A DNA stretch of 64,000 nt, taken from the NCBI GenBank assembly GCA_002269645.1, contig NIVC01000224.1, forward strand, positions 410,781-474,780, in the 5' to 3' direction. Shown here piece by piece: positions 29,001 to 41,500 of this stretch; the stretch's first letter is position 1; each line of letters begins with the position of its first letter. The notes beneath the pieces are model-generated. The model was not told the DNA's origin. It was given only the letters and a program-made list of their open reading frames with translations, and searched no databases. The DNA is from Macrostomum lignano (Eukaryota). The position numbers and the translations under genes were made by a program.

Positions 29001-30517
29001 CCTAGCTAGTCAGTGAAATACCAGTTAAGGAAATTCTAGTTAGGGAAATCCCAGTCAGGGAAATCCTAGTCAGGGAAATCCTAGTTAGGGAAATCCCATT
29101 CAAGGAAATCCTAGTTAGTGAAATGCCAGTTAAGGAAATTCTGATTAAGGAAATTCTAATGCGGGAAATCCCAGTCAGGGAAACCCCAGTTAGGGAAATC
29201 CCAGTTAGGGAAATCCAAGTTAGAGAAATTCCAGTCAGGAAAATCCTTGTCAGAGAAATCCCAGTCAGGGAAATCCCATTCAAGGAAATCCTAGTAAGAG
29301 AAATCCCAGTTTGGGAAATTCCAGTCAGAGAAATCCCAGTCAGGGAAATCCCAGTTAGGGAAATCCCAGTTATAGAAATACCAGTCAGGGAAATCCTAGT
29401 CAGTGGAATACCAGTCAGGGGAATCCCATTCAGGGAAATCCTATTCAGGGAAATCCCAGTCAGGGGAATCTCAGTCAGGAAAATCCCAGTCAAAGAATTG
29501 ATTATTTAATAGATTAATTGTTCGTTGGGATGATCCATTAGTTGAACGACAATTTCCGCAGGTTAATTAATCACAGTACTTCCTTTACAATCAAACGTCA
29601 GGTCTCATTAACCCAACCCAAACCCCCACCTCATCTCTGCTCCAGACTCCGGCAGAAAGCGCTCCAACCAAAAGCGGTTCACACCCTGTCAGCTGGCTGT
29701 GTCAGACCTACTGTCGTCAGTCCTGTGTCCCCTGTTCCCCCTGACCGTGTCGACGACTGCGGACTCGTCTTCAGCCGGCTCCGGTCAGGCTAACAAGAAG
29801 CGTCGCAAGAACCACGGCGGCAGAGACGCACTGAAAGACTTGGCAAGGAAATCTACGGAGCTCAATAATGCGATAGTGGAGTGCGCCCTGCTGGCGGGTC
29901 CCCAGCTGCAGGCCTGTCTCGGTCAGGCTAACACTGACGCCTTCGCTTTGGCCGTCTATAACTACTTAGCTGCTAGATACTCCAATACAAGATCTTCTAC
30001 AGCTAAAATACTGGCTACAGATACTACTTATTGGCTAAATGCCAGTAGTAGATTGGTTTGCCAACACCTGGACAGCAGTCCTCTGGCTAGACTGTTTCTA
30101 GCCTTCTTTGCCGATTCGATGCGTAAAAATCGATTCGAACAGCCGGATATTGTTGCCGATTTTCTAGTGAATTTAGCTACTTATAGCAGTAGTATTAGTA
30201 GCGTCTGTCGGCAGAGTTTGGATTTTCTACCGCAATATCTGATTGATCGATTCGATGCTGCCCAGCTTCACTTGTTGCCGCCTGTGTCAGCTTCTTCTTC
30301 TTCATCATCGAAGTTGCTTAACAGCGCCAGTCCTGAGCAACAGTCGGCCTGTTCCGCTGTTTGCTGTCTTCTGCTTTTGCTGGCTAGCCAATTTCCTGGA
30401 GCTGAAGAGGCTGCGATTGCTGCTTGCGACAGGCTGGTGCGCTACTGTCCCGATCGGCTGTTGAGAAGGAGTTTGAGTGCTTCTCTAGCCTCTGTTGGCA
30501 ACGCTGCTTCCGTTTAA
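26014..30517 (+). CDS. TEX10: Testis-expressed protein 10 / Ipi1 (pre-rRNA processing, rixosome component)
   Basis: N-terminal signature MVKHHKKKEKNADFTKVRLKVGRKLPK..NET.ISL, and an Ipi1_N-like segment (..CWCHVDESIQNESVQLLESLLTHAP). Exons about 26014-26288/26292, about 27144-27690, 28400-28924 and 29646-30517. The last three junctions are phase-consistent; the first is uncertain. Confidence 0.8.
26420..27143. repeat. 24-bp minisatellite, TEX10 intron 1 (same family as 22201-24035)
   Basis: Unit AAAGAATCGCCCTCAAAACTCATC / ..AAAAGCCATC. Confidence 0.93.
27700..28015. repeat. 23-bp minisatellite, TEX10 intron 2 (same family)
   Basis: Unit AAAAAATCGCCCTCAAAAGCCAG. Confidence 0.9.
28063..28318 (+). 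mobile_element. tRNA-derived SINE
   Basis: tRNA-like head with A box (TAGCCTAGCCG) and B box (GGTTCGATTCC). The body TTGAGCAAGACACTTAAC..CAGTTCACCCAGCTGTAAAATGGG resembles the CORE/Deu-type conserved SINE bodies. Tandem (GTACTGT)n-like tail. Confidence 0.75.
29005..29492. repeat. 15-bp minisatellite, TEX10 intron 3
   Basis: Unit CAGGGAAATCCCAGT. Confidence 0.92.
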
Positions 30518-30589
30518 GACTGAGTTTGGCTTGTACTTTTGTTTGTCAGACTGGCTGCTAACTGTCCAATGCTAATTAGTTAGGGATTT

Positions 30590-30785
30590 GGGAGTATGCT
30601 AATTAGCTGGGGATTTAGGAATATGCTAATTAGCTAGGGATTCGGGAATATACTAAGTAGCTAGAGATTTAGGAATATGCTAATTAGCCGGGGATTTACG
30701 AATATGCTAATTAGCTAGGGATGTGGAAATATGCTAATTAGCTGGGGATTTACGAATATGCTAATTAGCTAAGGATATTAATTAG
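30590..30785. repeat. About 29-bp tandem repeat
   Basis: Unit approximately ATGCTAATTAGCTRGGGATTTAGGAAT, about 7 copies. Confidence 0.8.
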
Positions 30786-31069
30786 TTATTTGCATTTTTT
30801 ATCAATTAAGTTCATCAGACTAATGTACAGGCCTTGGCCTCCAGTTTAATAAAGGTGTGCATGACCGTTTGCTGTCAGTTGTTTAAATTTTCAAATACAT
30901 TTGTGGAAAAGAATTTTTTTTATAATCTTGTCTTATTCATTTTTCGTTAAGCTTAATACAATTAGCAGTTAGATTTTTAGACAAACAAATTTGAAAGGAA
31001 ATTTTGAAAAGTAAATAATTTTTTATATCGTCTAGTTACCTACAAACTGTCAGTTGATCAGCAAAAATT

Positions 31070-32450
31070 GACTATCAGTGACATGTGACTGTCAGTGACA
31101 TTTTACTTTCAGTGACATTTGATTCTCCGTGACATTTGACTAGCCAGTGACATTTGACTAACCAGTGACACTCGACTGTCAGTGACATTAGACTAGACAG
31201 AGACATTTGACTAGCCAGTGACATTTGACTGTCAGTGACATTTGACTGTCAGTGACATTTGACTGTCAGTGACATTTGACTGTCAGTGACATTTGCCTGT
31301 CAGTAACATTTGACTAGCCAGAGACATTTGACTGTCAGTGACATTTGCCTGTCAGTAACATTTGGCTAGTCAGTGACATTTGCCTGTCAGTAACATTTGA
31401 CTGTCAGTGACATTTGACTAGTCAGTGACATTTGCCTGTCAGTAACATTTGACTGTCAGTGACATTTGACTAGTCAGTGACATTTGACTGTCAGTGACAT
31501 TTGACTGTCAGTGACATTTGACTAGCCAGAGACATTTGACTGTCAGTGACATTTGCCTGTCAGTAACATTTGGCTAGTCAGTGACATTTGACTGTCAGTG
31601 ACATTTGACTAGTCAGTGACATTTGACTGTCAGTGACATTTGACTAGCCAGAGACATTTGACTGTCAGTGACATTTGCCTGTCAGTAACATTTGGCTAGT
31701 CAGTGACATTTGCCTGTCAGTAACATTTGACTGTCAGTGACATTTGACTAGTCAGTGACATTTGCCTGTCAGTAACATTTGACTGTCAGTGACATTTGAC
31801 TAGTCAGTGACATTTGACTGTCAGTGACATTTGACTGTCAGTGACATTTGACTGTCAGTGACATTTGACTGTCAGTGACATTTGACTAGCCAGAGACATT
31901 TGACTGTCAGTGACATTTGCCTGTCAGTAACATTTGACTGTCAGTGACATTTGACTAGTCAGTGACATTTGACTGTCAGTGACATTTGACTAGCCAGAGA
32001 CATTTGACTGTCAGTGACATTTGCCTGTCAGTAACATTTGGCTAGTCAGTGACATTTGACTGTCAGTAACATTTGACTGTCAGTGACATTTGACTGTCAG
32101 TGACATTTGCCTTTCAGTACATTTGACTAGTCAGTGACATTTGACTAGTCAGTGACATTTGACTGTCAGTGACATTTGACTGTCAGTGACATTTGACTAG
32201 CCAGAGATATTTGACTGTCAGTGACATTTGCCTGTCAGTAACATTTGGCTAGTCAGTGACATTTGCCTGTCAGTAACATTTGGCTAGTCAGTGACATTTA
32301 ACTGTCAGTGACATTTGACTAGCCAGAGACATTTGACTGTCAGTGACATTTGCCTGTCAGTAACATTTGGCTAGTCAGTGACATTTGACTGTCAGTAACA
32401 TTTGACTGTCAGTGACATTTGACTGTCAGTGACATTTGACTGTCATTCAA
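31070..32450. repeat. 17/18-bp minisatellite between TEX10 and XPNPEP3
   Basis: Unit GACTGTCAGTGACATTT with CTAGYCAG variants. Confidence 0.95.
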
Positions 32451-32505
32451 CGACATTCAACGAGTGACATTTAGCGATTCCTTTGAACATTTTTCATGCC
32501 TAAGA

Positions 32506-35500
32506 ATGCTTCGTAAATTTAGCGCCTGCCGTCGCTTCCTAAGCAGCAGCAGCAGCAGCAGCTCCTCTTACACTGCATCAGCCTCGCCTGCTCAATCTTC
32601 ATCAACCACGTCGTCGGGTTCTTCAACGCCGTCCCATCTGGACGGTCCGGAGCTGCTGTTGCCGCGAAGTGGTCACTTCTATTTGGATCCGTTTACGCCA
32701 GCTGACTATGCTGAGCGAAGGTGCGCGAAATGCTTTAGAAATGGCTGGCCTGTGGCCTTGTTGAGTGCTGCTTTTTGGACTTTGGGTTCTGCTCTCTACA
32801 GCTGCCTGCTGGGTTGCCGCGCGCTTCCTTCTTCCGCTCTCCCTCTTCTTGCTCTTCATCTCCCTCTTTATCTCACTCTCATCCCCTCCCTCCACTTTAC
32901 ACCTCCCTCTCGCCCCCTCTCCCTGTCCTTATCTCTCTCACCCTCTCCCTCTTCATGTCCCTATCTCTCTCTCACCCTCTCCCTCTTCATGTCCCTATCT
33001 CTCTCTCACCCTCTCCCTCTTCATGTCCCTATCTCTCTCTCACCCTCTCCCTCTCCCTGTCCCTATCACTCTCTCACCCTCTCCCTCTCCCTGTCCCTAT
33101 CTCTCTCTCACCCTCTCCCTCTCCCTGTCCCTATCTCTCTCTCACCCTCTCCCTCTCCATGTCCCTATCTCTCTCTCACCCTCTCCCTCTTCATGTCCCT
33201 ATCTCTCTCTCACCCTCTCCCTCTCCCTCTCCCTGTCCCTATCACTCTCTCACCCTCTCCCTCTCCCTCTCCATGTCCCTATCTCTCTCACCCTCACCCT
33301 CTCCCTCTCCCTGTCCCTATCTCTCTCACCCTCTCTCTCTCTCACCCTCTCCCTCTCCATATCTTTCTCATCCGCTTTCTTCACGCCCCCGTTAGAGATA
33401 AAGCGTCAGAACTGAAATGTTATTTTCGATACATATCGGACATCTGCAAAGTCTTAGCTGCACTCTTATCTGTTGAATTTATGGGGAAACTGACAGTTAC
33501 ACGACTTCACCAACAACTTGCAACTGATTAGATGGTTAATGCGATGTCGGTCAGGAGGCAAGCAGTTGGCCCGGACTCGTTTTATCTTCAGCTACAGCAG
33601 TGAACACACTGATGGTGTTTTGGGAGATTTGCCAGTTAATTATGACTGGCATATCTAGTTAGGGAGGCCGAAGCCTAGCGGTCTAGCGCAGGCTCTGATG
33701 TGCCAGCGGCCCAGGCTCGATTCCAAATGCAGTCACATTAACTTGGGGCTAAATTAGAATCTCGGCTTGGCTCTGCTCGTGCAATTAACGGCCTTGAGAG
33801 CCAGCTCCCAAAGGCGCAGTGAAGTGTACATGCCTAACGATAAACAAAGGGCCTGTGTGAGTGTGTGTCTGTGTCTCCCTCCCTCTCCCTCCGCGCGCTT
33901 GTGTGCCTGCTCAGGGGAGTCGGCGGAACGGGTAGTAATGCCTCTCGCCGGTTGTGTGACAATGCCGCTTCTTAAAGTGCGCCAGGGATACTGTTCTAAT
34001 AAAAAACATATCTAGTTATTATACTAGCGTAGTATCTGCGATCTAGTCAGTTGCAATACTGTACGCAAGCACTCACTCACACACTCTCTGTATCTTTCAA
34101 CCCCTCCCCAGACGCCTCCTATTCGAAGAGTTCACCCGCCGATGGTCAACCGACAAGCAGTTCGCGGATTTCGACCGTCACATACTACTGGTACCGTCGG
34201 CTCAGCAGCAGTTCATGGCGCATCACGTGCCCTATACTATGCGGCAGAATTCTTATTTCCGCTACCTGACCGGGCACCTGGGCGCCGATGCCATGCTGGT
34301 ACTGGCTTGCAACGGCGGTCCGGGTGTCAGCGACTTTGACACGGCGCGCCTGCTGGTGCATCGACAGTCGGAGACTGAGCGACTGTGGGACGGCGGTGAG
34401 CCGACGCCCGTTGAAGCTGCTCAACGGGCGGGCCTGCCAGATCCGGCTAATTCTGGACTGTACACCGAGGATGAGGAGGCGGCCAAGTTTTTGGCTGATC
34501 AGATGACTAGCGCTAAGGGAAAGTGAGTTCAGTGTATTCTCTTTTTGATAAAGATCATATTTTCTATTGGGCAACGTCTGAAGTCTTTGTTTTAGTCTAT
34601 ACTTGGTCTTTGGTCTTTGGTTTAATTAAAACTTGAGTCTTTGTTTTAGTTCAAACTTGAGCCTTTGTTTCAGTTGGGATTTGAGTCTTTGTTTCAGTTG
34701 AGACTTGAGTCTTTGTTTTAGTTGAGGCTCGAGTTTTTGTTTTTGTTAAGACTTAAGTCTGTTTTAATTAAGATTTGAGTCTTTGGTTTAGTTTAGACTT
34801 AAGTCTGTTTTAATTAAGATTTGAGTCTTTGGTTTAGTTTAGACTTAAGTCTGTTTTAATTAAGATTTGAGTCTTTGGTTTAGTTTAGACTTAAGTCTGT
34901 TTTAATTAAGATTTGAGTCTTTGGTTTAGTTTAGACTTAAGTCTTTGTGTGGGACTTGAGTCTTTGTTTTAGTCTATGCTTGAGTCTTTGTTTTAGTTTA
35001 GACTTAGTCTTTGTTTCAGTGAGACTTAAGTCTTTGTTTCAGTTGATTATTAAGTCCTTGTTTAAGTTGAGACGCGATTCTTTCTTTTAGTTAACACTTG
35101 AGTCTTTGTTTCAGTTGAGGCTCGAGTCTTTGTTTTTGTTAAAACTTAAGTCTGTTTTAATTAAGATTTGAGTCTTTGTTTAAGTTAAGGCCTACTTTAA
35201 AAAGCTATCAGTATTGATTTTTGTGCTCCAGTTCAGTCTTTATGTCTGGAATTATTTATATGTAATCATTAAGCTGATTGGATATTTCAATACTTCTATT
35301 AATTGTCAAATTTGATTGAGTTAATCTATAAACATGGAGTCTGCAGACTTCTGAAACTTCTGTTGGTCAGAGAGGCTCAGCAGTGTTAAGGGTAGGGTAT
35401 AAAGATGTTGAGCGTTTTATTTGATTATGAATTTTTGACTGATGCCAGCTGGCTATCCTAAATTTAAATCCCTCGGGAGACGCATCCGGTTCTGACGCTT

Positions 35501-38500
35501 AAAAATGACCCAGTTCTTAGTAATGTGGCTGGTGAGTAGTATTTTAATGTTATTACTGGTATCGGATAAGGTCGGGAAAACTATAAATAGCTCGTAGCAA
35601 CCTTATCTTACTATCAGTGTCTGGATGAAATTGGATTCAAATGCTACCATTCTGCTCTATAATAGCTCATAATCTTAATACTAAAGGTGGTGCGTTGTTT
35701 GTAGTAAAATAAAAGTCAATACCGCAAGCTTGAAATTTGAAAATTGAAAGTTAAAAATCATCATTTAATTTCGGCGATAGGGAAAATCAAAATTGTGAAA
35801 GTTGAGTAATCAGTATAATATTGTCTAAAAGTTTATAGACTGTAAAATGCAGGGAGTGAGATTCAGGGAGACAGGTAGTGAGATGCAGGGAGACAAGGAG
35901 TGAGATGCAGGGAGACAAGGAGTGTGATGCATGGAGACAGGGAGTGAGATTCAGGGAGACAGGTAGTGAGATGCAGGGAGACAGGGAGTGAGAGTCAGGG
36001 AGACAGGTAGTGAGATGCAGGGAGACAGGGAGTGAGATGCAGGGAGACAAGGAGGGAGATGCATGGAGACAGGGAGTGAGAGTCAGGGAGACAGGTAGTG
36101 AGATGCAGGGAGACATGTAGTGAGATGCAGGGAGACAGGGATTGAGATGCAGGGAGACAAGGAGTGTGATGCATGGAGACAGGGAGTGAGATTCAGGGAG
36201 ACAGGTAGTGAGATGCAGGGAGACAGGGAGTGAGAGTCAGGGAGACAGGTAGTGAGATGCAGGGAGACAGGGAGTGAGATGCAGGGAGACAAGGAGGGAG
36301 ATGCATGGAGACAGGGAGTGAGAGTCAGGGAGACAGGTAGTGAGATGCAGGGAGACAGGGAGTGAGATGAAAGGAGACGGAAATTAGGATGTAGGAGACA
36401 GGGAGTGAGATGCAGGGATACAGGTAGTTGGATGCAAGGAGACGGAAATTAGGATGTAGGGAGACAGAGAGTGAGATGCAAGGAGACAAGGAGTGAGATG
36501 CAAGGAGACAAGGAGTGAGATTTAGGGACACAGAGTGAGATGCAAGAAGGCAGGAATTAAGATGCAGGGAGTCAGGGGTTAGATCTATATACTAAAAATG
36601 GTCTGCCGGTAGGTATCTATCTAGGTAGGTATGTGATCGATTTTAGCAAAAATTAAATCTGTATTTCCATGTAGAGATCATATGGAGTTCAAATAGAGAT
36701 CATCTGATGCTATTGCATGTGAAGTGTCCATTTATAACCGCTTTCACATAGTTTTTTCCTTATCATTTTGAAATGTATTAGTTACCCGGCATCTCATTTC
36801 ATTTATTGGCCAAAAAATCTGACCAATTTTTTTGCTATTTTACTAGAGACTCACCTCGAAACCAAAAATCTTCAACTAGTCTGTTGGTTTTCTAGCGAAC
36901 TGCTGCTTGTTTTAGCGAGGGAATTTCACATTTCCTATTTCTATGCATGTAGGAGGAGACAATTGATTTATAGCGGTGTAGTTAAGTGCTGCCATGGCAA
37001 CGGATTTATAAATCCCCTATGCGTGATTTGAATATCTGTTTGTTTTTAATGCGATTTTGCTTGAAAATATTTTTTGTTAATATCAGCTATTTTATTCAAA
37101 GCGTTGCTTGATTTGAATATAAATAACTGAGTAGGCGGATAGGATATGGTAGAGATATAATACGACATTGGGATAGGAAGATCTGAAAAAAGAGAGATTC
37201 AGGGATACAGGGAGAAGAGATGTAGGCAGATAGGAAGTAGAGATGTAGGGAAGTGGGGAGAAGAGATGTGGGGATAGATGGAGAACAGATTCAGGGATAG
37301 AGGGAGTAGAGATGTAGGGAGATTTTTTTGAGAAAAGATTAAGGATAGAGGGAGTAGAGATGTAGGGAGATGTGGAGTAGAGATATAGGGAGACGGGAGT
37401 AAAGATATAGGGAGACGGGAGTAGAGATATAGGGAGACGTGGAGTAGAGATATAGGGAGACGGGAGTAGAGATATAGGGAGACGGGAGTAGAGATATAGG
37501 GAGACGGGTGTAGAGATATAGGGAGACGGGTGTAGAGATATAGGGAGACGGGAGTAGAGATATAGGGAGACGGGGAGTAGAGATATAGGGAGACGGGGAG
37601 TAGAGATATAGGGAAACGGGGAGTAGAGGTGCAGGGAGACGGGGAGTAGAGGAGCAGGGAGACGGGGAGTAGAGGTGCAGGGAGACGGGGAGTAGAGGTG
37701 CAGGGAGACGGGGAGTAGAGGTGCATTGAGACGGGGTGTAGAGGTGCAGGGAGACGGGGAGTAGAAGTGCATTGAGACGGGGAGTAGAGGTGCATTGAGA
37801 CGGGGTGTAGAGGTGCAGGGAGACGGGGAGTAGAAGTGCATTGAGACGGGGAGTAGAAGTGCATTGAGACGGGGAGTAGAGGTGCATTGAGACGGGGAGT
37901 AGAGGTGCAGGGAGACGGGGAGTAGAAGTGCATTGAGACGGGGAGTAGAGGTGCAGGGAGACGGGGAGTAGAAGTGCATTGAGACGGGGAGTAGAGGTGC
38001 AGGGAGACGGGGAGTAGAAGTGCATTGAGACGGGGAGTAGAGGTGCATTGAGACGGGGTGTAGAGGTGCAGGGAGACGGGGAGTAGAAGTGCATTGAGAC
38101 GGGGAGTAGAGGTGCATTGAGACGGGGAGTAGAGGTGCATTGAGACGGGGAGTAGAGGTGCAGGGAGACGGGGAGTAGAAGTGCATTGAGACGGGGAGTA
38201 GAGGTGCAGGGAGACGGGGAGTAGAAGTGCATTGAGACGGGGTGTAGAGGTGCATTGAGACGGGGAGTAGAGGTGCAGGGAGACGGGGGAGTAGAGGTGC
38301 ATTGAGACGGGGTGTAGAGGTGCAGGGAGACGGGGTGTAGAGGTGCATTGAGACGGGGAGTAGAGGTGCACGGAGACGGGGAGTAGAAGTTCAGGGAGAC
38401 GGGGGTAGAGATTTAGGAGGTGGGAAGTGGAGAGGTAAGAAGATGGGCAGCGGAGATACAGAGTCGTATGAAACGACTCAATGATAACATCTCATACAAA

Positions 38501-41500
38501 TTAGAAATACGAGACTTAAACTCAGACATACATTGCCGCCCTCACCCCAGGTTAGCTCTATGGTACAACTACAAAGAGCCAGCCAATGGCAATCTGGATC
38601 GCAGTCTGGTTTTAGCAGCTGTGAAACAGCGCGGCCCGCAGGCAGTGGCCAACATTGAGCCCGTGTTGGACCGAGTTCGATGGCGTAAGTCCGCCAAAGA
38701 GTTAGCTGTCATGCGTCGAGCGGCCCTAATCGGTTCTGAGGCGATGAACTCGGCTATGAGAGCTACTAAGCCGGATATTAATGAGGCTGCCGTGTGGGCC
38801 GTGTTGGACTTTGAATGTCGAAGGCTGGGAGCGGATCGGCTGGCCTATCCGCCTGTGATTGGTGAGTTAGTTTCGGGACATTTATGGCTGCTAAATAGTA
38901 GGGATAGATGTAGGGATATTGTAGGTTAGATGTAGGGATATTGTAGGTTAGATGTAGGGATATTGTAGGTTAGATGTAGGGATATTGTAGGTTAGATGTA
39001 GGGATATTTTAGGTTAGATGTCGGGATTACTGTAGGCTAGATGTAGGGATTACTGTAGGGTAGATGTAGGGATTACTGTAGGTTAGATGTAGGGATATTG
39101 TAGGTTAGATGTAGGGATATTGTAGGTTAGATGTAGGGATATTGTAGGTTAGATGTAGGGATATTGTAGGTTAGATGTAGGGATATTGTAGGTTAGATGT
39201 AGGGATATCGTAGTTTAGATGTATGGATTACTGTAGGGATGGATGTGGAGATTACTGTAGGGTAGATCTAGGGATACTTTAGTGATAGATGTAGGGATAC
39301 TCAAGTGATAGATGTAGGGATACTCAAGTGATAGATGTAGGGATACTCAAGTGATGGATGTAGGGATACTCAAGTGATAGATATAGGGATACTCAAGTGA
39401 TAGATGTAGGGATACTCAAGTGATAGATGTAGGGATACTCAGGTGATAGATATAGGGATACTCAAGTGATAGATATAGGGATACTCAAGTGATAGATTTA
39501 GGGATACTCAAGTGATAGATATAGGGATACTCAAGTGATACATATAGGGATACTCAAGTGATAGATATAGGGATACTCAAGTGATACATATAGGGATACT
39601 CTATGGATAGATGTAGGGATACTCAAGTGATAGATATAGGGATACTCAAGTGATAGATATAGGGATACTCAAGTGATAGATGTAGGGATACTCAAGTGAT
39701 AGATGTAGAGATACTCTTGGGATAGATGTAGAGATACTCTTGGGATAGATGTAGGGATACGCAAGTGATAGATTTAGGGATACTCAAGTGATAGATGTAG
39801 GGATACTCAAGTGATAGATGTAGAGATACGCAAGTGATAGATATAGGGATACTCAAGTGATAGATGTAGGGATACCCTTGGGATAGATGTAGAGATACGC
39901 AAGTGATAGATATAGGGATACTCAAGTGATAGATGTAGGGATACTCTTGGGATAGATGTAGAGATACTCTTGGGATAGATGTAGGGATACGCAAGTGATA
40001 GATTTAGGGATACTCTAGGGATAGATGTAGGGATACTGTAGGGATAGATATGGAGACAGGATTAACAGATGCAATGAGTCATACTTGACATTTACTAATG
40101 CATCACATAGAAGTGATTTTATTCCGTATGGCTATGCAAAAAATTCAAAAGTTCTCTCTGTCTCCGTCTCTCTCATCCCCAATCAACTTTTCGATGCATC
40201 TGCTCTCAGAAGGTCGGGAGTCCATCAGAGCTCAAAGCAAAGCCGAATCCGATTTTAAATCAAATAAATTCTGCATCTGGGAAAAAACCTAATCTATTCA
40301 TTGAAGCCCAGCTTCACAGAGAGCGGTCGTGATAAACTTTTTTCTAATTCTCACGCCCAGTTGTACCTTGATTATTGCTCATTACTCTCGCTTTACCCTT
40401 CTTGGTACTATAGCACTGCTGGGTCTACTCTGTCTGCATCTCTGTCTACTCTGTCTGTATCTCTGTTTACTCTGTCTGCATCTTTGTCTACTCTCTGTCT
40501 GCATCTCTGTCTACTCTCTGTCTGCATCTCTGTCTACTCTCTGTCTGCATCTCTTGTCTACTCTCTGTCTGCATCTCTGTCTACTCTGTCTGCATCTTTG
40601 TCTACTCTGTCTGCATCTCTGTCTACTCTCTGTCTACTCTCTGTCTGCATCTCTGTCTACTCTCTGTCTGCATCTCTTGTCTACTCTCTGTCTGCATCTC
40701 TGTCTACCCTGTCTGCATCTTTGTCTACTCTCTGTCTGCATCTTTGTCTACTCTCTGTCTGCATCTCTGTCTACTCTGTCTGCATCTTTGTCTACTCTCT
40801 GTCTGCATCTCTGTCTACTCTCTGTCTGCATCTCTGTCTACTCTCTGTCTGCATCTCTTGTCTACTCTCTGTCTGCATCTCTGTCTACTCTGTCTGCATC
40901 TTTGTCTACTCTCTGTCTGCATCTCTGTCTACTCTCTGTCTACTCTCTGTCTGCATCTCTGTCTACTCTCTGTCTGCATCTCTTGTCTACTCTCTGTCTG
41001 CATCTGTCTACTCTGTCTGCATCTTTGTCTACTCTCTGTCTGCATCTTTGTCTACTCTCTGTCTGCATCTCTGTCTACTCTGTCTGCATCTTTGTCTACT
41101 CTGTCTGCATCTTTGTCTACTCTCTGTCTGCATCTTTGTCTACTCTCTGTCTGCATCTCTGTCTACTCTGTCTGCATCTTTGTCTACTCTGTCTGCATCT
41201 TTGTCTACTCTCTGTCTGCATCTCTGTCTACTCTCTGTCTGCATCTCTGTCTACTCTCTGTCTGCATCTCTGTCTACTCTCTGTCTGCATCTCTGTCTGC
41301 ATCTGTCTACTCTGTCTGTATCTCTGTTTACTCTGTCTGCATCCCTGTCTACTCTCTGTCTGCATCTCTGTCTGCATCTCTGTCTACTCTCTGTCTGCAT
41401 CTCTGTCTTCTCTCTTTCTGCAGCCTCTATCTACTCTGTCTGCATCTCTGTCTACTCTCTGTCTGCATCTCTGTCTGCATATGTCCACCCCATTTCCCTG

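Noticed and set aside
35430-35535. Possible extra XPNPEP3 exon ending at GTGAGT
   Set aside because: No phase-compatible open frame. Exons 2 and 3 already join in frame (AA+G = Lys) and match the family.
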